Assembly: GCF_000009045.1 (NCBI RefSeq)
Contig: NC_000964.3
Span: 2,640,001 to 2,672,000 of the forward strand
Direction: 5' to 3'
Source of the DNA: Bacillus subtilis subsp. subtilis str. 168
GTDB lineage: Bacteria > Bacillota > Bacilli > Bacillales > Bacillaceae
Length of the DNA: 32,000 nucleotides
The notes below the pieces were generated by a model. The model was not told the origin of the DNA and ran no database searches. It saw only the letters and a program-made list of their open reading frames with translations. Shown here in pieces: positions 1-8,902 of this stretch (positions within the stretch are counted from its first letter, which is position 1; every line of letters begins with the position of its first letter). The translations under genes were made by a program, and so were the position numbers.

Positions 1-446
1 TTCAGATCAACGATCATTTCATCGAGTTCAACCTGTTCAACAGTTACACCCGCCTGTTCAAATAATTCCTGCGCATACGGATGTGTTTTGTAATCCTCAG
101 CATAATAAACCGTTTTGATACCAGCTTGAATAATAGATTTGCAGCATTGAATGCACGGATAATGCGTCACATAAATCTCGGCTCCATCAGTCGGCACCCC
201 AAACTTAGAGCATTGAAGAATCGCATTCATTTCAGCGTGAATGGTTCTTGCGCAATGATCATCTATCATTAAGCATCCTTCATCTGCACAATGTACGCCG
301 CCCGCGATTGACCCATTGTAGCCTCCTGCTATCATGCGTTTGTCTCTGACTATAGTAGCGCCGACAGATAATCTCGGACATGTGCTGCGCAGCGCCAATA
401 AATGGCTTTGAGCCATAAAGTATTGATTCCATGAAATTCGTTCCAC
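1..446 (-). CDS. comEB: ComEB, dCMP/cytidine-deaminase-fold late competence protein (C-terminal end runs off the window start)
   Basis: Not in the ORF track because there is no stop in the window. The minus frame from GTG at 446 (SD GGAGGG, complement of 453-458) reads VERISWNQYFMAQSHLLALRSTCPRLSVGATIVRDKRMIAGGYNGS...TIHAEMNA...THYPCIQCCKSII. This contains the HAE and PCxxC zinc-deaminase motifs. It lies ~66 nt downstream of comEA, as in the comE operon. Confidence 0.9.
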   Translation of the reverse strand, partial: MERISWNQYFMAQSHLLALRSTCPRLSVGATIVRDKRMIAGGYNGSIAGGVHCADEGCLMIDDHCARTIHAEMNAILQCSKFGVPTDGAEIYVTHYPCIQCCKSIIQAGIKTVYYAEDYKTHPYAQELFEQAGVTVEQVELDEMIVDL

Positions 447-512
447 GTTGTTCCCTCCAAATGTTGTGTTGCCTGACCTTTAGTTTACCTATCATAATGC
501 ATGACCGTCAAA

Positions 513-1130
513 TCACTTTACTGTAATGGAAGACTTTATTTTCTCAAATGACTTTTCACCTATTCCTGAAACCTTAGTGATATCTTCAATTGTTTGGAAA
601 CGACCGTTTTCCTCCCGGTATGCAATAATAGCTTCAGCTTTGGATGGCCCCACCCCTGAGATGCCTTGTAACTCCTCTAAGGTTGCTGTATTGATATTCA
701 CCAGCGCTCCCTTCCCTCCATCGCTTTGGACAGACCCTCCGCCACCTTGCTGCACTGCTGTTTCCTCTCCCTTTTTCGGGATGTACACCACTGTCCCGTC
801 CTGCAGAATCTCCGCCAAATTTACTTGCGCTTCGTCTGCTTGTTCACTGGTCCCGCCCGCTTTCTCAATTGCCTGAGATACTCTGTCCCCTGTTCGCATT
901 TCATAAACGCCAGGATGCTGAACAGCACCTTTGATGTCTATCACAATTGTTTCGTTTGACTCGTCGTTGTTTGCTTCCTGCTTTACCACTGTATTTTCTG
1001 TCTCTGTTGGTACAGCTTGCTTCACCGGCTCTTTATTTTTCCCTGTGGCCAGAAAGATCATAATCGCTGTGAAAACAGCCGCAGAAGCCGCTAAAATAAT
1101 TGCTTTCTTATGCTGATTCAACCAATTCAT
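513..1130 (-). CDS. comEA: ComEA, membrane-anchored DNA receptor for transformation
   Basis: 205-aa ORF with an N-terminal TM helix (AIILAASAAVFTAIMIFLA). The C-terminal helix-hairpin-helix DNA-binding region reads NINTATLEELQGISGVGPSKAEAIIAYREENGRFQTIEDITKVSGIGEKSFEKIK. Confidence 0.95.
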   Translation of the reverse strand: MNWLNQHKKAIILAASAAVFTAIMIFLATGKNKEPVKQAVPTETENTVVKQEANNDESNETIVIDIKGAVQHPGVYEMRTGDRVSQAIEKAGGTSEQADEAQVNLAEILQDGTVVYIPKKGEETAVQQGGGGSVQSDGGKGALVNINTATLEELQGISGVGPSKAEAIIAYREENGRFQTIEDITKVSGIGEKSFEKIKSSITVK

Positions 1131-1213
1131 CGTGCATGTTCCCCGCTTTCGTCATATTTTATTTTCATAACACATATGGTTTAGAGGATAATAGCTCAAA
1201 GGAGGGGAAACCA

Positions 1214-2035
1214 TTGAAGATAGGCTTTATCGGCACAGGAAATATGGGTACGATCCTTATCGAATCATTTATTGAATCAAAAGCGGCCGATCCCTCAAAC
1301 ATGACAATCACAAACCGCACAATTGAAAAAGCGTTGCACATAAAAAACCGCTACAACAGCATAAACGTTACCGAAAGTCTCGAAAAGCTCGTTTCTGAAA
1401 ACGAGATGATTTTTATTTGTGTTAAGCCGCTTGATATATATCCTTTACTGGCAAGAGCGTTACCTTATTTAAGAAAAGATCATATTCTCATTTCAATTAC
1501 AAGCCCCGTTCAAACCGAACAGCTCGAACAATATGTGCCGTGTCAAGTGGCGCGAGTGATCCCAAGTATTACGAACAGAGCGCTGGCAGGTGTTTCTCTC
1601 GTCACTTTCGGCACAAGCTGCGGCGAATCTGCAAAAGCGAAAATCAATGAGCTGATGCAGCATATCTCTCATCCGCTGCAAATTGAAAGTGACATCACGA
1701 GGGTTGCATCAGACATCGTAAGCTGCGGCCCCGCTTTTATGAGCTATCTGATTCAGCGGTTTATAGATGCAGCTGTTTCGGAAACATCAGTGTCTAAACA
1801 GGACGCGATTTTGATGTGTAAGGAAATGCTTGTCGGAATGGGAAAACTGTTAGAAACCGAATTGTATACCCTGCCTGCATTACAGGAAAAGGTTTGCGTT
1901 AAAGGCGGTGTAACAGGAGAAGGCATTAAAGCGCTGGAAAGCGGTGTGCAGGATATGTTTCACCGGGTATTTCAAAATACTCATATGAAGTACGAGGAGG
2001 ATATTTCCGCAGTGAAAAAGCAGTTTCATGTGTAG
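1214..2035 (+). CDS. comER: ComER, pyrroline-5-carboxylate reductase-like protein, divergent from comEA
   Basis: The track ORF is 1100-2035. I place the start at in-frame TTG 1214, preceded by SD AAAGGAGGGG (1198-1207), giving 273 aa. It begins with the Rossmann motif KIGFIGTGNMG. Confidence 0.85.
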   Translation: MKIGFIGTGNMGTILIESFIESKAADPSNMTITNRTIEKALHIKNRYNSINVTESLEKLVSENEMIFICVKPLDIYPLLARALPYLRKDHILISITSPVQTEQLEQYVPCQVARVIPSITNRALAGVSLVTFGTSCGESAKAKINELMQHISHPLQIESDITRVASDIVSCGPAFMSYLIQRFIDAAVSETSVSKQDAILMCKEMLVGMGKLLETELYTLPALQEKVCVKGGVTGEGIKALESGVQDMFHRVFQNTHMKYEEDISAVKKQFHV

Positions 2036-2087
2036 ACGAGTATGTCATACGTTCGTCTGTACTGCAAAAGCATAAAAAAGCATTTTA

Positions 2088-2119
2088 AAAAACCATCGTT
2101 TTAGGAAACGATGGTTTTT
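2088..2119. terminator. Bidirectional intrinsic terminator between convergent comER and yqeM
   Basis: 14-bp stem AAAAACCATCGTTT / AAACGATGGTTTTT with a 4-nt loop, and T-runs on both strands. One arm overlaps the last codons and stop of yqeM. Confidence 0.8.
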
Positions 2120-2844
2120 GATTTCTGCGCCTTGAAAAAGAGGCGTTCTGATTGTGCTGATGGCTCGGTATCCGTAAAATCAGCTGTCACGCGATGGAGC
2201 TGAAAGCCGCAGTTCTTAAGCATTTCTTCGTATTCTTCCACCGGGAACGTTCTTTGCTCGTGTGTCTCATCAAAACGATCATACGCTTCTCCGTTCCACA
2301 CAAAAAACGACATATCATGAATGACAGAAAGCTCGTCACTTCCGGCAAAGCTCTGCCAAATATAGCTGATATCTTCGTCCTGGTCAGCAAATGTGCTATC
2401 CGGAAAGACTTCCGCAATTTTAAAAGATGAATGAACATCAAACAGCAGGATGCCTTCAGGCTTTAATACCCGAAAAACACTTTTAAAGGTTTCGATCACA
2501 TCATTTTTTGTTTTTAAATAATTTAATGAGTCACAGCATATCACAACAGCGTCAAATTGACCGTCAAAGCCGGTAATCTCTCTCATATCCTGCTGAAGAA
2601 ATAAAATAGGCTGGCTACTCGATACCTTTTGCTGGGCGAAAGAAAGCATCTCTTCGCTGAGATCGATGCCTGTAACCTCGAAGCCTTTTTCGGCAAGCCG
2701 GATGGAGATTTCCCCCGTGCCGCATGCCAGATCGAGAATACGGCCTTTTTCCGGGAGAGATGCTTCAATCCATTTTGTCCATTGATCGTAAGGCGCGTGT
2801 GACATTAGCTCGTCATACACGCTTGCAAAGCCTTGATAAATCAT
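2101..2844 (-). CDS. yqeM: Class I SAM-dependent methyltransferase
   Basis: 247-aa ORF with SAM-binding motif I, ILDLACGTGEISIRLAEKGFEVTGIDLSEEML. Its start overlaps the rsfS stop (ATGA). Confidence 0.85.
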   Translation of the reverse strand: MIYQGFASVYDELMSHAPYDQWTKWIEASLPEKGRILDLACGTGEISIRLAEKGFEVTGIDLSEEMLSFAQQKVSSSQPILFLQQDMREITGFDGQFDAVVICCDSLNYLKTKNDVIETFKSVFRVLKPEGILLFDVHSSFKIAEVFPDSTFADQDEDISYIWQSFAGSDELSVIHDMSFFVWNGEAYDRFDETHEQRTFPVEEYEEMLKNCGFQLHRVTADFTDTEPSAQSERLFFKAQKSKTIVS

Positions 2845-3197
2845 TGATTCATTCCAAAGTCAAGATCTGCGAGCGGAGCGTCTCCCCACAGCTTTTCAAG
2901 GTTGTAGTAGCTTCTTTCATCCTTGTGGAAGACATGGACAACTACATCGCCTAGATCAACGAGAACCCATCTTGCTTCATCAAAGCCTTCCATCTTTTTG
3001 ACTTGAATGCCGTTTTCATCAGCTTGATCCTTGATTTCACGGGCAATCGCCTGTACCTGTTTATCTGAATTTCCGTGGCAGATCAGAAAATAATCAGCAA
3101 CCAGAGAAATACCTTCCATATCCAGTGCTAAAATATCCTCTGCCCGTTTATCATCGCAAGCCGCAGCTGCGATCTTTAAAATGGACTTTTGGTTCAT
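2841..3197 (-). CDS. rsfS: Ribosomal silencing factor RsfS (YqeL)
   Basis: 118-aa ORF with an RsfS/Iojap-like sequence (DYFLICHGNSDKQVQAIA...WVLVDLGDVVVHVFHKDERSYYNLEKLW). It sits in the conserved position after nadD-yqeK. Confidence 0.9.
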   Translation of the reverse strand: MNQKSILKIAAAACDDKRAEDILALDMEGISLVADYFLICHGNSDKQVQAIAREIKDQADENGIQVKKMEGFDEARWVLVDLGDVVVHVFHKDERSYYNLEKLWGDAPLADLDFGMNQ

Positions 3198-3214
3198 TCA
3201 CAAATTCCTCCTGT

Positions 3215-3775
3215 TCAGCTGCCAGACACAAGCCAGTTATACGTTAAAAATGTGTCTGGAAAAACCGGTTGATTTTTTTTCATAAGAAAAACCATTGTAT
3301 TTTTAATGGACTGAATCAGCGCTTGATTCAAATCTGTCTCAGCAAGCTTACGCACCTCATCGACACCGGGAAATGCCCGGTTTGGCTCAATGTAATCGGC
3401 AACGTAAATGACTTTTTCTAAAAGTGTCATGCCGGGGCGGCCTGAGGTATGATACCTAATGGCGTCAAGAATGTCTTCATCTTGAACCCCTGCCTCTCTT
3501 TGGACCAAATAAGCGCCGACCGGAGCGTGCCAGAGCTCCGGATTATGATCCAATAAATGCGCAGGCATTTTTTCACGCGCAATAATTTGTTTCATTTCTT
3601 CTTTCGGGCGGAATTTGGCGTAATCATGAAAGATTGCCGCTATTTCCGCTTTTTTAGAATCGGCTCCAAAACGCTCCGCAAGTTCGATCGCCGTGTTCAT
3701 CACGCCAACCGTATGGATATATCGGTGTTCGGTCAATTGCTGCTTCACGCATGCAAGTGCCTCCTCACGATTCAT
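3215..3775 (-). CDS. yqeK: HD-domain phosphohydrolase YqeK (Ap4A hydrolase family)
   Basis: The track ORF is 3215-3784. ATG at 3775 has the better SD (GAGGAGAA plus 8 nt). HD motif [10 protein letters not shown]. It overlaps the nadD stop by 11 nt. Confidence 0.85.
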   Translation of the reverse strand: MNREEALACVKQQLTEHRYIHTVGVMNTAIELAERFGADSKKAEIAAIFHDYAKFRPKEEMKQIIAREKMPAHLLDHNPELWHAPVGAYLVQREAGVQDEDILDAIRYHTSGRPGMTLLEKVIYVADYIEPNRAFPGVDEVRKLAETDLNQALIQSIKNTMVFLMKKNQPVFPDTFLTYNWLVSGS

Positions 3776-4334
3776 ATAAACCATTCTCCTCTACATACTT
3801 CTTCACTTTATCAGGGATTAAGTAGTCAGTGGGCTTCTTGCTTTTAAACCGTTCCCTTATCATAGTTGATGATACCTCAAATTCCGGAACGTCTGCAAAG
3901 AGAAGCGGATAAGGGGTTTCAACATGAAAACCGGGGCGCTTTACTCCAATAAATTGAATGAGGTTCAGCAGCTCGTCCAGCTTATACCATTTCGGCAAAT
4001 ATTCAATCATATCAGCGCCGATAATAAAGAACAGCTGATCATTTGGATAACGCTGCTTCAGTAAAGAAACGGTATCAAAGGTATATGATGGCCCTTCTCT
4101 TTCCATTTCAACAAGCTCCAGCTTAAAGGACGGATTAGATTGAATTGCAAGCTTTAGCATTTCCACGCGATGAAAGCTGTCGGTATAGTCTTCGTTCTGT
4201 TTATGCGGCGGAATTTGATTAGGCATAAACCAAATTTCATCAAGCCCCGCCTGGTACAGCACCTCATTCGCCATTAAGAGGTGACCATTATGCGGAGGGT
4301 CAAACGTGCCTCCGAAAATTCCGATTTTCTTCAT
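3765..4334 (-). CDS. nadD: Nicotinate-nucleotide adenylyltransferase
   Basis: Begins [18 protein letters not shown], the (H/T)xGH nucleotidyltransferase motif. ATG 4334 is preceded by AAAGGTGG. The track gives 4343 as the longest start. Confidence 0.92.
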   Translation of the reverse strand: MKKIGIFGGTFDPPHNGHLLMANEVLYQAGLDEIWFMPNQIPPHKQNEDYTDSFHRVEMLKLAIQSNPSFKLELVEMEREGPSYTFDTVSLLKQRYPNDQLFFIIGADMIEYLPKWYKLDELLNLIQFIGVKRPGFHVETPYPLLFADVPEFEVSSTMIRERFKSKKPTDYLIPDKVKKYVEENGLYES

Positions 4335-4345
4335 TTCAACCACCT

Positions 4346-4636
4346 TTAAGGAAGCTCGATTTGTTTATTTTCCTTTGATTCCTTATATAACACAATCGTA
4401 TTGCCGATTGTCTGCACCAATTGAGAGCGGCTTCCTTTTACAAGAGCTTCCGCTACATCGTTTTTATCCTCTTCGCAATTCTGAAGCACGCTGACTTTAA
4501 TCAGCTCTCTCGCTTCAAGCGCCTCAGCAATTTGTTTAATCATGTTGTCGTTTACTCCGCCTTTACCTACTTGAAAAATCGGCGTTAAATGATGCGCTTT
4601 TGAACGCAAAAAACGTTTTTGTTTACCTGTTAACAT
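4346..4636 (-). CDS. yqeI: YhbY/CRS1-type RNA-binding protein (YqeI)
   Basis: 96-aa ORF with CRM-domain signature [25 protein letters not shown]. Its start overlaps the end of the aroE ORF. Confidence 0.85.
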   Translation of the reverse strand: MLTGKQKRFLRSKAHHLTPIFQVGKGGVNDNMIKQIAEALEARELIKVSVLQNCEEDKNDVAEALVKGSRSQLVQTIGNTIVLYKESKENKQIELP

Positions 4637-5472
4637 TCTGTTCCTCCTAATTTTCCTATTACAATAGATCTCATTTTTTCAATATTAGGCTCTTGTCCAG
4701 TCCACAATTGGAAAGACAATGCTGCCTGTTCAACAAACATGCCCACACCATCGAGTGTTTTCAAGCCTTTTTGGCTTGCTTCTTTTAAAAGTGCCGTCTG
4801 TATTGGATTATACACGATATCACATACGACGGCACTGCTCGCGGCACGCTGTAATGAAAGCGGCACATCGTCCACGTTCGGATACATGCCCACAGACGTT
4901 GTATGGATGATAACATCATACTGCTCAAGACGTTCTTCTGCTTCTTTTATGCTTAATACTTCTTTATTGTGAAACGAGGGAGTAGCTTCTGTAAGCCGCT
5001 TTGCTTTTTCTAACGTCCGGTTGCAAATGTCAAATTTTTTCGGGGTATTTCGGACAATTGTTGTAAAAATGGCTCTCGCCGCTCCGCCAGCGCCGATCAT
5101 TAAGAATGACAGTTCAGAGATGGGCTTGTCTAATACCTTCATTAATGACTTCACGAAGCCTTCCCCATCGGTATTGTATCCGACAAGCTTATCTCCCTCT
5201 CTTCTGACCGTGTTTACGGCACCGAGCACTTTTGCACTCTCATCAATATGATCCAAATAATCCATAATGGAAACCTTGTGCGGAACAGTCACATTGATTC
5301 CTTGTACGCCTAGAGCTCTTATTCCTTTTACCGCATCCTCCAGATCATTCTCTTCTACCTTGAAGGCATGATAATGTCCGTCAAGCCCGAGGTCTTTCAA
5401 TGATGCGTTATGAATATCAGGTGACATAGAATGGCCAATAGGATTTCCGATAACCCCGTACAGCTTTTTCAT
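4630..5472 (-). CDS. aroE: Shikimate 5-dehydrogenase (named aroD in B. subtilis nomenclature)
   Basis: 280-aa ORF. N-terminus YGVIGNPIGHSMSPDIHN, NADP-binding loop MIGAGGAARA, and NTDGEGF motif. Confidence 0.92.
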   Translation of the reverse strand: MKKLYGVIGNPIGHSMSPDIHNASLKDLGLDGHYHAFKVEENDLEDAVKGIRALGVQGINVTVPHKVSIMDYLDHIDESAKVLGAVNTVRREGDKLVGYNTDGEGFVKSLMKVLDKPISELSFLMIGAGGAARAIFTTIVRNTPKKFDICNRTLEKAKRLTEATPSFHNKEVLSIKEAEERLEQYDVIIHTTSVGMYPNVDDVPLSLQRAASSAVVCDIVYNPIQTALLKEASQKGLKTLDGVGMFVEQAALSFQLWTGQEPNIEKMRSIVIGKLGGTEC

Positions 5473-5489
5473 ACACCTCTCCCCTTTTC

Positions 5490-6590
5490 TTAAATTAATG
5501 AACGCCGAACAAATACATGAACGCCTTTTGGCGCGTATGCAGTTACCTTTTTATCAGCGTCATGGACAGTAACCCAGCCTAACCCAGAGAAAACGATATC
5601 TGTCTTTTTGTCTTTTATCGTAAACGTATGGGCGACCAATTCAGGAAACTCATCCATTTCATCTTTACCCGGAGGTGTGAGCAATTCCCCTGCATGCTTT
5701 TCATAAAGCGCGTCTGCATTTTCAAGTTTTGTTCTATGAATCATCAGCTCATTCGGCATATAGCAAATAAAAGGAGATCTTTCCCCAGACACATAATCAA
5801 ACCTTGCAAGTCCGCCAAAATACAGTGTTTGCTGATCATTAAGCTGGAATGTGCGAGGCTTCAGCTCCTTTTTAGGAGATAATATTTTCAGGTCCTTTTT
5901 ATTGACATAATGCGCCATTTGATGGTTGTTGATAATTCCCGGTGTATCATAAAGCGATGAACCGTCATCCAGCGGGATTTCAATCGCATCAAGGGTTGTG
6001 CCAGGAAATTGGGATGTTGTAATAATATCTTCTTCACCTGACACTTCTTTAATAATCCGGTTAATAAAGGTTGACTTTCCTACATTTGTACATCCGACAA
6101 CATAGACGTCTTTTCCGTTGCGGTAATGCTCAATCGCGTCAATTACTTCTCTGATTCCCTGGCCGCGACCCGCACTGACCAAAAATACGTCAACCGGTTT
6201 TAAGCCAAGCTCTTTCGCTTCACGCTTCATCCATTGGATCAGACGCTCTCTTTTCAGTGACTTAGGCAAAATATCCGCTTTATTGCCAACTAATAAGATA
6301 GGGTTTCCCCCCACCAAGCGCTGCAGCCCATTAATCCAGCTGCCGTTAAAATCAAAAATATCAACAATTTTTACGACCAGAGAGTCCGTTTCTCCAATAC
6401 CGTGAAGAATGTTCAAAAAATCATCATCAGTTAAGGAGACATCTTGTATTTCATTATAGTTTTTCAGTCTGAAGCAACGCTGGCAAATCACATTTTCTTT
6501 CGTAAGCGATGCAGGCGGCGCGTACCCCAAACCTGTTTTGTCCTCGGTTTGGATCGTAACTCCGCACCCGATACAAACAACCTTTTCCAT
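5490..6590 (-). CDS. yqeH: Circularly permuted ribosome-biogenesis GTPase YqeH
   Basis: 366-aa ORF with an N-terminal Zn-ribbon CxGCGx...CQRC. The G motifs are in permuted order: NKAD (G4) comes before GCTNVGKST (G1) and DTPG (G3). Confidence 0.92.
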   Translation of the reverse strand: MEKVVCIGCGVTIQTEDKTGLGYAPPASLTKENVICQRCFRLKNYNEIQDVSLTDDDFLNILHGIGETDSLVVKIVDIFDFNGSWINGLQRLVGGNPILLVGNKADILPKSLKRERLIQWMKREAKELGLKPVDVFLVSAGRGQGIREVIDAIEHYRNGKDVYVVGCTNVGKSTFINRIIKEVSGEEDIITTSQFPGTTLDAIEIPLDDGSSLYDTPGIINNHQMAHYVNKKDLKILSPKKELKPRTFQLNDQQTLYFGGLARFDYVSGERSPFICYMPNELMIHRTKLENADALYEKHAGELLTPPGKDEMDEFPELVAHTFTIKDKKTDIVFSGLGWVTVHDADKKVTAYAPKGVHVFVRRSLI

Positions 6591-6593
6591 TTC

Positions 6594-7112
6594 TTACTCC
6601 TCCCACTGAATGTGCCCTTTTCGTTTGAGAGCACTCAGTATTCTGCGTTCGACCTGGCGGTTAAAGCGCGTAATGAATCCGTCAGAGGAAGCGACTGGCA
6701 CGACCAAAATCGTATGGTAGCCGTTTCGGTTTCCCCCGAGTACATCGGTCAGCAGCTGGTCTCCGATGACAACGCAGTCCTCTTTTTTCAGCTCCATATT
6801 GCGCACCGCTCTATTAAAGGCTTTACCCATCGGTTTTCTTGCTTTATAGATGAATGGGATTCCAAGCGGTTCTGAGAAAAGTTTCACTCTTCTTTCGTTA
6901 TTATTAGAGACAATTGTCACTTTAATGCCGTGTTCCTTCATTTCTTCAAACCACTCGATCAATCGCGGCGTCGCGTTCGGCCTGTCCCATTCAACAAGCG
7001 TATTATCCAGGTCAGTAATAATTCCTTTTACATTTCGTTCCTTTAATTTCTCAGGTGTAATATGAAAAATATTTTTTACAAACTCGTCAGGTAAAAAAAA
7101 CTTTTTTAACAA
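6594..7112 (-). CDS. yqeG: HAD-superfamily phosphatase YqeG
   Basis: The track ORF extends to 7193. TTG at 7112 is preceded by AAGGGAAGGG and gives 172 aa starting (M)LKKFFLPDEF. HAD motif I is GIITDLDNTLV. Confidence 0.85.
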   Translation of the reverse strand: MLKKFFLPDEFVKNIFHITPEKLKERNVKGIITDLDNTLVEWDRPNATPRLIEWFEEMKEHGIKVTIVSNNNERRVKLFSEPLGIPFIYKARKPMGKAFNRAVRNMELKKEDCVVIGDQLLTDVLGGNRNGYHTILVVPVASSDGFITRFNRQVERRILSALKRKGHIQWEE

Positions 7113-7228
7113 AACCCGCACCCTTCCCTTTTTCTTTCTTTCAAAATGATTGTCGAAAAAAATCGAACTTGCGCCTAAAGAAAAACTGAGCAAAAAAATT
7201 TCGACAAAAATTGGGTTTCTTCACCAGG

Positions 7229-7328
7229 TGTGGATAAATTTACACACACTATCCACTCTTATTACATCACTCTTTAGACAAATTATAAACACGATACTCA
7301 CAAGTTATCCACTTTTTGGTGTGGATAA
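7229..7328. promoter_or_regulatory. DnaA-box cluster between yqeG and sda
   Basis: Perfect TGTGGATAA occurs at 7229-7237 and 7320-7328. TTATCCACT (1 mismatch to TTATCCACA) is at 7305-7313, and CTATCCACT (2 mismatches) at 7249-7257. Confidence 0.85.
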
Positions 7329-7336
7329 CAGAACGA

Positions 7337-7365
7337 TTGTTCTTATATGCATTTCATGGTAGATT
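7337..7365 (+). promoter_or_regulatory. Sigma-A type promoter of sda
   Basis: TTGTTC (7337-7342), a 17-nt spacer ending in TGg (extended -10), then TAGATT (7360-7365). It lies immediately downstream of the DnaA boxes. Confidence 0.6.
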
Positions 7366-7440
7366 AAAGATAACTTCAACCTCAGATGAATGCAACTTAT
7401 CATTGTATGCGTTAAAATCATGAATGATTCCAACTTTTAA

Positions 7441-7614
<174 letters not shown>

Positions 7615-7712
7615 TAGGAATTTGTCTATTTTTTCCGGGCGTATTTCCTTTTTTTACTCAGATGACTGATATTATATCACTTTGGCTGCGCGCTTTACTA
7701 CTATTTTCAGCA

Positions 7713-7740
7713 AAAAACACCCCTAAAAAGAGGTGTTTTA
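7713..7740. terminator. Bidirectional terminator between sda and the convergent tiny ORF
   Basis: Stem AAAACACC / GGTGTTTT (7714-7721 / 7732-7739) with A/T runs on both sides. Confidence 0.7.
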
Positions 7741-7752
7741 AAGGGCCGGTTA

Positions 7753-7845
7753 TTATGCTAACCAGTATATGCCGCCCACAACAAGGAGAACAACAACTAA
7801 AACAACAATAAAAGCGTATCCATATGCTCTGCCTGCGCCATACAT
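7753..7845 (-). CDS. Tiny single-pass membrane peptide (30 aa), YjcZ-like
   Basis: Below the track cutoff. SD AAGGAGG (complement of 7854-7860) plus 8 nt, then ATG 7845. Reads MYGAGRAYGYAFIVVLVVVLLVVGGIYWLA: a Gly/Tyr-rich head followed by one hydrophobic helix. Confidence 0.6.
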   Translation of the reverse strand: MYGAGRAYGYAFIVVLVVVLLVVGGIYWLA

Positions 7846-7919
7846 GTGAAGCGCCTCCTTAATAAGGTTTTATAACAGCCTATGTAGGAGAAATAAATCG
7901 GACTAGGCGGTTGTCCGGC

Positions 7920-8651
7920 TCAACGCTGCAGGATCTGCCCATCTTGTATTCCTTCATATACGATCCTTGCCCCTTTAGGTGTCATATGATTTCCAGAAGG
8001 ATCTATAAGACCAGATTGGATAAGCGCTTCATCAGTTGCTTTTCCGCCGTCTGCTTCTATAAAATGCTTCCAGTTATCTACAAGAGGGACATCCAGGCGC
8101 TTCGACACATCTCTTGTAATATCGTTATATGAGTTGTGCCATTTCCTTGCTCCGCCTTTTGGTTCAAAAGCAGCTGCTTGATATCTGGAATAGTAAAACA
8201 AATGATGCTTCCCATTACCTTCTATAATTGGGATACACGTCATTAAGATTGGCTTGATCCCGTGTTTTCTGCTTTCTTCAATAAAATAAACCAGATTTTC
8301 TCTAAAACGCTGCTTCGACACTCTCGGTTTCCCCTCAGTCAGTATGGCAGCGTCATTGGTTCCGAACATAATAAACAAATACTTCGGTTTTTGATCCAGC
8401 ACATCTGTCTGAAATCGGAGACGGGCATCCTCTGTCGTCTGTCCGCCGATTCCCGCATTGAGTATATCAAGGTTACCGCGCTCAGCTGTTTTTAATATAT
8501 TGACCCACTGCTGTGCTTTTGGATAATCGCGATAATCCCAATTAGAGCCACGCGTATTACTGTCACCAAATGCTACAACGTCTTCGTATCCCCTTCCCTC
8601 GCATCCTGCTGTAACGAACAGCAGAAGGAAAAGGATGATAAAATGTTTCAT
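7920..8651 (-). CDS. yqeF: SGNH/GDSL-family hydrolase lipoprotein
   Basis: 243-aa ORF. Lipoprotein signal MKHFIILFLLLFVTAGC (lipobox TAGC) and GDS(N) block VVAFGDSNT. Confidence 0.85.
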   Translation of the reverse strand: MKHFIILFLLLFVTAGCEGRGYEDVVAFGDSNTRGSNWDYRDYPKAQQWVNILKTAERGNLDILNAGIGGQTTEDARLRFQTDVLDQKPKYLFIMFGTNDAAILTEGKPRVSKQRFRENLVYFIEESRKHGIKPILMTCIPIIEGNGKHHLFYYSRYQAAAFEPKGGARKWHNSYNDITRDVSKRLDVPLVDNWKHFIEADGGKATDEALIQSGLIDPSGNHMTPKGARIVYEGIQDGQILQR

Positions 8652-8842
8652 CTTTACACCCCCAAAAGCCTCACTTTAATGTTATACCTCTGTTTCTCTT
8701 CGTTCAATGAAGAGTTTTTCGCTATCACTGTTTTTTCCTATAGTTAACGTGTCCCCCTCAGTGAATATCATTCTGCTTTCATTGCGGCGCAGCTGATGAT
8801 TTTTTAAAATTCCCTTCTTTCCAATCTGAAAAACACACAAAC

Positions 8843-8886
8843 CAAAGAAAAGAAAATAACCTGAATCCGCACTGGAAACAGGTTAT
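8843..8886 (-). terminator. Intrinsic terminator of cwlH
   Basis: Stem ATAACCTG (8856-8863) / CAGGTTAT (8879-8886), followed on the minus strand by TTTTCTTTTCTTT. Confidence 0.65.
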
Positions 8887-8902
8887 CCGTTAAATCCTGC
8901 AT

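Noticed and set aside
280-495. 71-aa minus-strand track ORF
   Set aside because: It is out of frame inside comEB. The comEB frame carries the deaminase zinc motifs and a proper SD and GTG start at 446.
526-1116. Three plus-strand ORFs (116, 77 and 61 aa) antisense to comEA
   Set aside because: They lie entirely within comEA on the opposite strand. They have no SD, and their low-complexity Ser/Pro/Cys-rich translations are typical of antisense frames.
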